Shown here piece by piece: positions 53,406-64,000 of a stretch of DNA of 64,000 nt. A program made the translations under genes and the position numbers. Numbering within the stretch: the stretch's first letter is position 1; each line of letters starts with the position of its first letter. The DNA lies in the NCBI GenBank assembly GCA_052327205.1, contig CM126224.1, positions 29,760,001 to 29,824,000 on the forward strand, read 5' to 3'. This DNA comes from Somniosus microcephalus (lineage: Eukaryota). The notes beneath the pieces were generated by a model. That model was not told the origin of the DNA. It worked only from the letters and a program-made list of their open reading frames with translations, and did not search any database.

Positions 53406-56098
53406 TTAGTCTCTCTATCCGCTGTATTTCTGCAGCTCATCAACTGAGAGAATGGGGTTGCGGTCACTACAAAACAGAACTGGTATGCTTACTATCAGCA
53501 CTTGAAAATAATGAAGTTAAAAAGTAACATTAATTGTGAATTTAGTTGTGAGAGAAAATTCCAACCTGCATTAATGCACTCATTACTCGTCAATAATTGA
53601 CTATCTTGCTGTTGGCAGCTCAGAGCCTCAGGTTAAAGTTTCCTCATTCACCTAGCTTGGTTCTGCCCGAGAATTGGATTTTGAGCACTGTCGCTGCAGT
53701 GCTGGTCAGTCCTGCATACCCTTAGCTCTCTCCTCTCCTTTCACTTTCCCGAACACCATTGATATTTAACTGATAAAATGGTATAATCTCTGCCCATTCA
53801 CCCAGTTTCCCTTCAAAATAATCTCACCTTTTAAAATGAGATTTTTTTGATAAAAGGTTGCGTTAAAAATCCAAAAGTAACCATCCACATTTAAATATAA
53901 AGTTTTGATCTCAGGTTCACCCTATTCAATCAAAGTGGTCACTATAGACTACAAATAAATGGGTTAACACTTCCATTAAATTAGCGGACACAGAAATATC
54001 GTACACACTCAAACATGGTCTGCTATTACCTCCGGAAGTAATTTCTAGCCTCCCAAGTCTTTGCTCTTGCTTCCCCCTCCCACATTTCACTACACATCAC
54101 CTATATTGCTCCACAGTTTGAGAACCACTAATACATTTTCCATATAATAGATGTTATTAACACAAGACTAACCTTTTCACCTGCACTATAACACAAAATA
54201 CATAGGGGTATATGGACCAGCCAAATAACATCGTTCAATCACTTTGTAAATGAGAAAAAAAAAATCCAGGGCAACTTGAAACAGACTAATACTAGAATTT
54301 CTCAATGATGCATAGAAAGTAAACAGCCAGGATAAACAAAGTTTGTGGAAATGTTGCAGTGCCTTGTACCTATATATTTTTGATAAGAACCACCTATAAT
54401 CATATACTCCATTTCAAAGCAAGCAAAAAACACTAGGAGGCAATAATTCAGATGTCTGACTTTTATTAAACATCCATGCTTTAGAAGCATCAATTTTTAT
54501 ACTGGTCCACTTGACTGTTCTGCTTGATTGTTTAAATTTCCTTTACTGCATACTGGGTTGATAAACAGATAGGTCCAAATAGCACAGTCCTGTCAATAAA
54601 TGTTATACTGTAGTACAAACCCAGAGTAGCAGGCTGATTGTCAGAAACATCAACATTTTACTTACAATTCTGATCTGAGCAGACTGGGAATACTGCCATT
54701 TTGAAGACGACATGGCAACCATTTCACAAAGCTCAGTGGTGCAGGCAAGGCTGATAGCAATTTTCACTGAAGCAGCAGCCATTTCATTATGGTAATTGCT
54801 ACTTTAAAAGTACAGCTACAATTGGGCACAGGACCCAACAAAGTTCAAATTGTTTTGTAAAATACTGGGCCTAGGTGAACTCTCTAATGAAATCATGTTT
54901 TGCGGGATATAAAGAATAAAATACCTCCATCTTCCCATTATACAGCACACAAGAGTTCCCTACCAATATGGGTACAACTTTTTTTGTAGTCTATTTACCA
55001 TTTATTGTAATGCCAGTCTAAAGCTTCACCAACAATTCAGTTACAGTGCATTATGCTGACCTAAACTTTTAATTGCATAATTATTTTCAACAAGATTTAT
55101 CCATTATTTATGCCAAGAAACAGTTCTATTAAAAAAATATAAATTAAATTTTTCTTTTCCATTTCAAACATTCAATTTTCTAACTGACTTAAGTCTGAAC
55201 TACGGTTTCCATTACGACCGGAAACTCTGGAAAAACAAGATTCTGGGAACTTTTTCCTTTTCGTCACATCAAAGTAAAAAAGTTTCCCATATGGAAAAAC
55301 AATTGATTATAGCCTGAAGACATTTCTCTCAAAAGTTCATGACTTGGAAAACCTAATCCTTTGCCATACATATTTCATCTAGCATAAACAGCACCGTCAA
55401 ACTCTTTAAATAAACAGCTTAAGCTTTGACCCATTTATGGCATATACCAATTAATTAATGGAATTATCAAATTGGAAACTGAAAAGGTATGGCTCACCAT
55501 ACATTTTAAGTTACTTGGTACTTTGGCACAGTATTATTTAATAATTTTTTTGAGCTACCCATGTTTAACAGGACACGTCATGTACACCTTTTAGGAGACA
55601 GCAAAATACAAAATAGTCCTTTAGTGGACTATGTTAAAATGGGTCAGCCTCTCTAGGGTTAAGATGTTTATTCATGGTTTTACATGGTTGCTGCATTCAC
55701 AGTTGATTACAAATCAGAATGTACAATAACTCTATTGCCAATGGTAACAAGTATCTTCTAAAATTCCCTGTACAGTGCAATAAGAAATTAAAACATTTGG
55801 CCCATAAATATCTCAATTCCCTGGAAGAAATCATAAATACAGTTCATACATCACTATAAACAAGTGAAAACAAAGCAGGAAATTTCTCTTTAACCACAGG
55901 ATCAAAATTAAAAAAAAAAATTATGTCCTGTAAATGGCTATGTATTGGATTGCAATATTAACCCATAAATTGCCCTCGAGCACTACTCAATGCTACATTA
56001 CTCTTCAACAAAACTTGAGCCCACGTCAATAAATCCAAATCACACTGGGGCAGAAGTGATGAAATGAGCAGGCCACAGAATGTCAGGTCTTATACTTT

Positions 56099-57181
56099 TC
56101 AAGCATTGCAGCCATTGGAAGATCTTTTACTTCCAGGTAGCGAAGGGTTTTTGCTTTCCACATACCAGATACACGAAGCACAGACAGCACCTGAGAGGCG
56201 TTTGAGGCCCTTCCGAAAGACACTGTTGGAGAGGCTGTAAATAAAACAGTTACAGAAGCTATTGCTAATGGCAAGCCAGGTGGTCAGAAAAGATACCTCT
56301 GGACTATCATAAATGTGAGAGCTTTCAAGGAGGAAGTAAATGATGTACGGCAGCCAAAGGATGTAAAACACACTGGTGATTCGAAACAGAACCATAGCAT
56401 AGCGTTTCTCGGAACTAGGTGGATTTTCTGTTGATGCCCCTTCTTGAGTATTAAACCGAGCACGTCTTTCACTGATTTCCTTAGTGTGCTGTTGGCATAT
56501 TCTGAATATGTTGAAATAGGTGAAACAGACTACAAAAGCGGCAGGGGCATACAGTAAAACCACGATAAATCCTGCAAAGTAAACGTTTGTTTCCCAGGAA
56601 TTAGCACACCATTCAAATATGTCCCCGTGATAGCCTGGCTTCCCCCAGCCAAAAAAAGAAGGCAGGAATACAATGCAGGAATACAGCCAGATTATTATAA
56701 TGCAAACACGCAACCTCCATGGTGTGACCAGCTGATTGTAAGATAGCGGCTTGGTAATTGCAATGTATCGATCGACGCTGATGCAGGCCAGAGAGGTCAT
56801 CGAGACGCTTTTCAAAACGGACACAATATAGCCAAAAAATTTGCACGTTAAAGATTCGCGGGAACCTGTCGGATAGTGCAGAAGGGACAAAGAAGGAACC
56901 AAGCAACTGATTCCAACAAAAAGATCAGCATACGCCATGGTCTGAATGAAATAACTTGTAGTGTGATGATTCAAAAGAGGTGCACAATGAAATACCAATA
57001 TAACAATAAGGTTACCTGAAATGATTAACACAGTGAGAAAAACAATGACGATTACTTCCAGGAGACAAATGTTAACAGTTTCGTAGTAACTGAATCCCAA
57101 AAGACAGAATGGTCGGCTAGTATTGTTTCCTTCCAAGGAAGAGTTCATACTTCTGTTTTGTACAGTCCAAACAGATGTCAT
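56099..57181 (-). CDS. GPR21: Orphan class A GPCR GPR21, single coding exon nested in a RABGAP1 intron
   Basis: 360-aa intact ORF with 7 hydrophobic segments, [14 protein letters not shown]2 and [11 protein letters not shown]-terminus [17 protein letters not shown] and C-terminus are GPR21-like, and the host is RABGAP1 (GPR52 sits in RABGAP1L). A second ATG at 57148 gives 349 aa. Confidence 0.9.
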   Translation of the reverse strand: MTSVWTVQNRSMNSSLEGNNTSRPFCLLGFSYYETVNICLLEVIVIVFLTVLIISGNLIVILVFHCAPLLNHHTTSYFIQTMAYADLFVGISCLVPSLSLLHYPTGSRESLTCKFFGYIVSVLKSVSMTSLACISVDRYIAITKPLSYNQLVTPWRLRVCIIIIWLYSCIVFLPSFFGWGKPGYHGDIFEWCANSWETNVYFAGFIVVLLYAPAAFVVCFTYFNIFRICQQHTKEISERRARFNTQEGASTENPPSSEKRYAMVLFRITSVFYILWLPYIIYFLLESSHIYDSPEVSFLTTWLAISNSFCNCFIYSLSNSVFRKGLKRLSGAVCASCIWYVESKNPSLPGSKRSSNGCNA

Positions 57182-58963
57182 TGTTGGCTCGGTTGCTATC
57201 GCAGTGTCTCAGTCTTCTGCCTCACTTATTTACTATCTGAACGAACAGACTCTGCTCAGTATTGTCGGCATTGCAATTTTTCTATAAATCCAGCAAACAG
57301 TCACCACCCTCAACATGCCATAAGATGACAAAGCTATTCCCAGCAGTTGCCATGCTTTCAGCTTCTTAAGAAATAAAGACGGATGCCGGCATGAATAGGC
57401 TGTGCCATAGACTTGAAGACAAAAGAGGGGGACATGACACCTGTCTTTCTTCTGTTGAAAGTAAATATATGCATATATTTTCTGCTTCATCAATCTCCAG
57501 TGCTCCCCCACATGTGGCTTAGTCAAGTCAAGACCGTGATAGAGAAGACAATAAACCTTTTGTGGAAATAAAGCTAATTTTAGCCCTCACAAAATATCAG
57601 CACAGTAACTCCGTAAATCATTATCCGCCAAAGGCAGAGATTAATTTAAAAAAATAAAACCACAACGTTTAAAAAAAAGTCTCTCAGCTTTCCTTAGTGA
57701 TGTTTTAAATCACAGAAGAGTCCAGACCGGAGCATCAGACACAGCCACTGCAATATGATGCTACTCCAGAATCACAGCCCAATTTGCCGCAGAATTCAAA
57801 TGGCCCCTCCAGGCATCACTCCTCCTTCCCTCAATTCTCTGCCAAAGGAAATATATGTTCGTAACTACACCAGAGGGCGAATGCAGCAGTACGGAATCTT
57901 TGCTCTCGTGTTCAAGACTGCAGTACCCTCTCGAGGAGCTCTATCCATCACCTCCCGTACATGAAAATGTAATACATTAGAACCCTACCAATCTATCACT
58001 TGACAGCAGCAGTTGCCAAATACACTTTGACCCTTTTGGGAGACAGCTAGCTGAGGAGGAGCTACAGCACAGATCACTGAAATTCCAATACATAACTAGA
58101 TCCAAGTTTTTCACCTCAGTATACCTGCATACATCTTCAGAATTTACAATGCACCGCATTCATATTCCGCTGCTTCAAATAAGATAAACGTCGTTGGCCA
58201 CATAATACTAGTTTAGCTGTAGCATACAACTATAACCTAGGTGAGTTAAAAAGGCATTGTAATTTAGCATTGGCTTGTAAATTAACACAATTACAGAACC
58301 AGGGGAGTTAACTGAACTAGGAGGTTATAGTCTCCATGATGTTTTTTCATACATTTACACTTTATTATTGTAAATATGGCAACGTAAAGGGGAAAATTAA
58401 TTAATTATTCAGCTGTTTAAGTACTTTATTTAATGCCTCACATCTAATAATTCCATATGATAAATTTATAAATGATTAAATTAGCAATTATTCAAAACAA
58501 TTTTCTCAAATGGATGTTAAATACACTCATGCACACAGGCAATACAATAGGGGCCATTTCTTTTGGGCAAATTATATTATCCTAGCAGTAAAATGTGACA
58601 AAATTAGCAACCAGTGCCTAATGAGGCTCAGCAAAACACAAAACAAAAATTTGAAAATATTTTTTCCCTGGTGGGTGGGAGAAAGAAAACAGGAACAACA
58701 ACTAGAGTGATGAGGTCTCCCCATACAATTACACTGCAGGCGAATAACCTGCGTCTAAACTGCCATTGCAAAATAAGGTGACATTTTCCAACAGACAAGC
58801 CCCAATTGTTAATGATGCTCAACCTCACTGCTTGACTCTACATGCACTAACCAAAATAATGATTCAGATCATAGAACAGTTATTTGAAAATTGGATTTCT
58901 ATTTTAAACTTAAAATGACAAATGTATGCCCAACCTGATTTTCCCCTCAATGATCAAAATTCA

Positions 58964-59719
58964 ATATTGGCCCAGAAATGCGGGTCTCCACGGGTGAGTA
59001 CGCACGGGGTACTCACCCGTAAGCCCAATGGAAATGCCGGTTTCCTGCATGCACTGTGCATGCACGGGAAACTGGCACTTCCGTTCCCCTGAAAGAAGGG
59101 GTTCAGAGTTCGAACGCGTGCGCAGGAGAGGCTGCGCGTGCGCATCGAACTTACGTTTTTTTTTTGCAGGTTTTCCCAGGAGGGTAAGTCTCCAGAAGTT
59201 ACACATAAAAAGCAGTCGCAAGGCCTGCTTTTTACAAGGTAAGTGGTGATTTAAACATTTTTTCCCACAGGTTTATTATTTTTAAATACTTTAAAGTTAA
59301 GTTTATTTTTAGCCCCGTTAGAAAATAAAATTATTTTTTTCAAAAATTTAAATTAGTTTAAAATAGTTATTTCATGTAATTTATAGTTCATTTTAAAAAT
59401 GTGATTAAAAAAAAATTATTTGAAGATTTAGTGATGTTTTGGGGCTTGTAGTATTTATAAGTTTGATAGCCCTTCCTGTCAAACTTATGAATGAAGCATT
59501 CCCTGCTCCGACTGGCTCCCCATGGCCCACGTGATCCCAGGGGACGCATCAAACTAACTGCGCCCCTGGGATACGCAAGCACTGCGCACCAGCAGTTGGA
59601 GCAGGCCCAGGGTCGGAATTCCATGGGGGCCCACAGCTCAACGGCCAGCGCGCAAGGTAAGTGCAGGTCGGGGGCTTGCACCCGCGGGAAGCCCTCGACC
59701 CGAATTTCTGGGCCAATAT
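58964..59719. mobile_element. MITE with 23-bp TIRs (PIF/Harbinger-like ends)
   Basis: atattggcccagaaatgcgggtc vs reverse complement atattggcccagaaattcgggtc (22/23); GC-rich arms around an AT-rich centre. Confidence 0.85.
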
Positions 59720-60308
59720 GATTTATCACATTTATATTTATTGTGCTGCACCTTTCAAAACTATTTTGCAGAAGCAGATTTTATTTCTACTTTCATTCAA
59801 ATGGCAATTTTTTCCAGAGAAGACAAGCATCGAGCAAATGCTTTCAATGTAATGTACGCCCTCATTGAGGTAGGTTAGAGGAGCAACACTGACATGAAAA
59901 ACTATTAGACTTTTTTTTGTTCGGGTGGGAGAAGCACTGTGCACAACTTGTCACAATGTTGTGATGATGCATTGACATAATTTACACAATTGTATTGGGT
60001 TTGCAAGCTTACAACAAATTGTTTGCCAAATACTACATGAAGATAGTGCCCATTTTAAAAAAAAGACTGGAAGGGTGTCCAAACTGCAACCCCTGCAGCC
60101 ACTGAGCCCTTGGCAATCTAAAAGCCCAGGTAACTTAGCCCCATTGATGCTTGTGTTTCTTATTCATTGGTTTGGCCCTTTTGAATTTTGTGGACCTAGA
60201 GCTTTAGAAAGGGCTGCTTTAAGTGCTATTTCCTAATTTGTGGATATCATAAATCAGAACACCAGGATTTATCAGCATCAACAACTTGGGGGGGGGGGGA
60301 AGGGATAT

Positions 60309-60671
60309 TGTGGCAGAGCCACCAAGGGACTCTTATATCGATGCACATAATTATCTGTAACAGAATGAATCTCTACCTGTATTCGTTTTACTGCATGTAA
60401 ATAGCGCGGTCTTTGTAGGGTTAAGACCAAACGCGATGACGTCACCACGTGGGTCACGTGACGTTCCTAACGGCGGGAAACGTGCTGACGTCATGACTTC
60501 AGACTGAGGAGCCTTCTCTCTCAGTCCTCGTGGAACCAGCATTGAGCATAGGCCTGTTAGTTAGTTCTCCTGCGTTTTGATTGTTACTTCTGCAAAACAG
60601 TATTAAACTTCGTTTGGTTGACAGACTGACTCGATCTCAGTCCTTTGGTTAGGAATCTAGCAATTCCTACA
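60309..60671 (+). repeat. 5' LTR of Gypsy element
   Basis: tgtgg...ctaca ends, ATTAAA at 60602, followed immediately by the PBS; the left boundary is inferred without a 3' LTR. Confidence 0.75.
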
Positions 60672-60672
60672 G

Positions 60673-60684
60673 TGGTGACCCCGA
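60673..60684 (+). promoter_or_regulatory. Primer binding site, tRNA-Trp
   Basis: TGGTGACCCCGA is complementary to the tRNA-Trp 3' end (same PBS as avian leukosis/sarcoma viruses). Confidence 0.85.
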
Positions 60685-60730
60685 ACTTTCGCGAACGATC
60701 TTCGCGGAGGAAGCGAAACGCAACGTAACG

Positions 60731-63700
60731 ATGGAAGCGAACGCGGTGGCTTTGAAGCTCCCTCAGTTTTGGGAACAACAGGCGGCCTCCTGGCTCGTGC
60801 AAGCGGAAGCTCAGTTTGAACTTCGAAACATCGTGGCGGATCAGACCCGTTACCTTTACGTGGTCTCCACACTCGACGGCTCCACGGCTTCAAGAATCAT
60901 CAACCTGCTTGAAAACCCCCCCGGTCGATGGCAAGTACAACACGCCTCACGGTTTTCGGCCTCACTAAGGCGGAACGCGCACGCCGCTTACTTACGCTGC
61001 CCGGGTTAGGCGACTCCAAGCCATCGGAGTTAATATGCCAGATGCTCACACTCCTTGGCTCCGAACCTCAATGCTTCCTCTTTCGAGAGTTGTTCTTGAG
61101 TCAATTGCCCGAGCAGGTACAGGCAGCCCTCGCAAGATCGCATTGCGCTTGCCGTCGAAGCAGACACTACTTATGCGGTCACGCAGCAATACTCCGCTGC
61201 CACGAGGCGCCCCTCCCTCGCGGACTCCGCCCCGACGCCGCCATCGCCCGGCTTGTGTTTTTACCACGCCCGTTTCGGCGCGAGAGCCAGATGCTGCCGG
61301 CCTCCCTGCAGTTTCACGCCTCAAACGAAGAAAAAACACCAGCACCAAATATGGGAAAGGAAGACCGAGCCTGAGGGATGTCCCACGGCCGCGATGGCGA
61401 TTGGCAATTCCGGGAAGCTCCTTTACATTACCGATTCCATCTCGGGCCGACGGTTTTTATGCGACACCGGGGCGCAGTGTAGCATCCTTCCCGCCTCTGT
61501 CCTCGACATCCGGACTAGGAGGCGTGGTTTTCCCCTCCAGGCCGCCATGGCGGTGCCATCCATACCTTTGGTAAACGGCGGGCCCAGGTGTGTTTCGGCG
61601 GACAGCGTTTTCAGTGGGACTTTATCACTGCCAAAATCTCACAAGCCATCCTCGGCGCAGATTTTTTATGCGCCAACAGCCTTTTGGTGGATGTGAGAAA
61701 TCGTCGACTGATTAATGCGGCCACTTTCAACTCCATCCCTTGCTTCCGCAGTGCAGTTGTGTCACACATCTTTGCCTGCGCCTAATGAATTCACTCGCCT
61801 GCTCGGGGAATTCCCGGAACTAACCAAGCCCACTTTCTCCTCATCGACCGCCAAACACGGCGTGGAGCATCACATCGCAACGACCGGCTCTCCAGTCTAC
61901 GCACGGGCTCGGCGCCTAAAACCCAGCAAACTCGCGGCCGCAAAGGCAGAGTTTGCCGCAATGGAGCGGCTGGGGATTATTCGCCAGTCGAATAGTTCCT
62001 GGTCCTCGCCTCTCCATATTGTCCTGAAACCCGGTGGCGGACGGCAGCCATGCGGTGACTACCGACGCCTTAATGACGTCACAACTCCCGATCGGTGCCC
62101 AATACCGCACATCCAGAATTTCTCTGCGCATTTGGCGAGAAGGTCAATATTCTCCAAGATCGACCTCGTACGTGGATACCATCACGTGCCTGTACACCCC
62201 CAAGACATCCAAAAGACGGCAGTCATTACTCCCTTTGGCCTTTGAGTTCCTCCAGATGCCATTTGGGCTCAAGAATGCGGCGCAGGCGTTTCAGTGCCTG
62301 ATGGATTCGGTGCTGCGGGACCTTACCTTCTTATTTGTCTACCATGACGATATCCTGATCGCCAGCTCTACCAAAGAGGAACACATCTGCCAGTTGCGCA
62401 CCCTCTTTCGCCGCCTCCATCAACATGGTTTGATAATCAACCCGGCCAACTGTCAGTTCGGCCTACCAGATATCGACTTCTTGGCCCACCGCATCACTTC
62501 GGAGGGCGCGATGCCGCTTCAGTCGAAGGTAGAGGCGATTACAGCTTTCCCACGGCCGCAGTCCATCAAGGCCCTCCAGGAGTTCCTGGGTATGGTAAAT
62601 TTTTACCACAGTTTCGTACCTAGGGCTGCTCAACTTATGCAACCACTCTACGAGGCTCTCAGAGGAAAGCCGGGAAAAGGCTCCGTAGTTTGGACGCCAG
62701 AGATGGACTGCGCTTTCAGCGACACAAAGACCGCTCTAGCAAATGCAACTATGTTGGCACACCCACTGCCTGGTGCCACCATCGCTCTTACAACCGACGC
62801 TTCTGACTACGCCATAGGCGCCGTGCAAGAACAGTGGGTCAGCGGCACGTGGCAGCCACTGGCGTTTTTTAGTCGCCAACTACGACGTAATGAGCGCAAA
62901 TACAGCACATTCGACGGATTTTTCGATTTTTATTAGAGGGACGCCACTTCACCGCGTTCGTGGATCACAAACCACTAACGTTTGCTATGGCCAAGACCGC
63001 CGAACCGTGGTCGGCTTGACAGCAGCGACAACTTACCTTTATTTCGGAGTTTACAACCGACATTCAGCACGTGGCCGGCAAGGACAACGTGGTGGCTGAT
63101 TGTTTTTCGCGTGCGACCGTCCAAGCTGTTCAGCTGGGAATAGACTATTCCCACATGGCTGCTGACTAAGCAACCGATCTGGAAACACAGGCGTTCCGCT
63201 CTGACTCCTCCTGCCTCCACAGCCAGCAGATGTGCAATACATTCAGCAGGCACCTCCATGCTCTGCGACGTCTCCTTGGGAGATCCCCGCCCGATCGTTC
63301 CGACTTCCTGGCGTCGCAAAGTCTTTGATGCCATACACGGACTTTCGCATCCTGGCGTGAAGGCGTCTCAAAGATTACTGGCATCTAAATTCGTCTGGAG
63401 GGGGATGCGTAAAGATGTCCGCGACTGGGCTAACACCTGCGTTGTTTGTCAAAAATCTAAAGTACAGCGGCATGTAAAAGCCCCCTTGGCCACTTTCGAA
63501 GTGCCAGAATGCCGTTTCGACCATGTCCACGTAGACCTCGTTGGGCCGCTTCCGTCGTCACAAGGTTTCTCACACCTCCTGACCATGGTCGACCGCACTA
63601 CAAGATGGCCAGAGGCGGTTCCTTTGGCGTCTACTGCCTCCGCTGATGTCGCCAGGGCTTTTATCTCCTCGTGGGTCGCACGTTTCGGTGTCCCGGCAGA

Positions 63701-64000
63701 TATTTCGTCCGACCACGGTCCACAGTTTTCGTCCGAACTTTGGAACGCTGTAGCCTTAGGTTCGGGCACCAAGCCCCATCGCACCACAGCCGCAGGCAAA
63801 CGGGTTGGGTAAACGTTTCCATCGGTCGTTAAAGGCATCGCTAAGGGCCACCCTTCAGGGCACCGCATGGGTGGATCGGCTCCCGTGGGTTACGCTTGGT
63901 TTGCGCACGGCGCCTAAAGAAGACCTGCAGTCATCTTCTGCGGAACTGGTGTACGGCCAGCCACTCCGGGTGCCCGGCGATTTCCTGCCATCGCCGACTC
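60731..64000 (+). pseudogene. Frameshifted gag-pol
   Basis: gag KLPQFW..AEAQF and CFYHARFGARARCCRPPC; protease CDTGA; RT DYRRLN, MPFGLKNA, YHDD; RNase H TDAS; integrase HGLSH..CVVC, HVDLVGP; split across many frames with stops. Confidence 0.9.

Larger units (their letters stand above)
60309..64000 (+). mobile_element. Gypsy LTR retrotransposon, CsRn1/Kabuki/Boudicca-like clade, truncated by the window end
   Basis: LTR, Trp PBS, gag, then PR-RT-RH-IN order; CHCC gag motif. Confidence 0.93.

Noticed and set aside
56099-57181. Calling the GPCR GPR52 and the host RABGAP1L
   Set aside because: Diagnostic host residues (ESPQDSAITRDIN, EYIPDLYNHF, ISQKK) and the receptor termini favour RABGAP1/GPR21
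57233-57526. 97-aa ORF upstream of GPR21 as a uORF or new gene
   Set aside because: Listed start is TTG, there is no homology, and the transcript start is unknown
57977-58159. ORF containing IWQLLLSS, resembling the missing upstream RABGAP1 exon (VWQLLAGC)
   Set aside because: Flanking residues do not match and there is no suitable exon structure; coincidence

Overview
Eukaryotic (vertebrate) DNA, almost certainly shark/elasmobranch, judged from HE1-type V-SINEs and elasmobranch-style CR1 LINEs. The window is the middle-to-3' part of RABGAP1 on the minus strand: eight coding exons (114, 75, 126, 144, 42, 129, 93, 111 bp; all GT-AG, all phase 0) cover the TBC domain and the start of the coiled coil. 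The large intron above 26503 runs off the window and holds an intact single-exon GPR21 (360 aa) on the same strand. The rest is intronic and TE-rich: CR1, L2, RTE, Penelope-like, SINEs, MITEs, a non-autonomous Helitron, a probable solo LTR and a frameshifted CsRn1/Kabuki-clade Gypsy element. I found no convincing new multi-gene system. The best leads are a GPR21 with many GPR52-like residues, an RTE LINE with a twin-priming-type 5' inversion and 11-bp TSD, a breakage/inversion hotspot in the HE1 SINE, and inverted repeats bracketing a 459-nt stop-free exon block. Comparisons with human proteins and TE families are from memory, not database searches.
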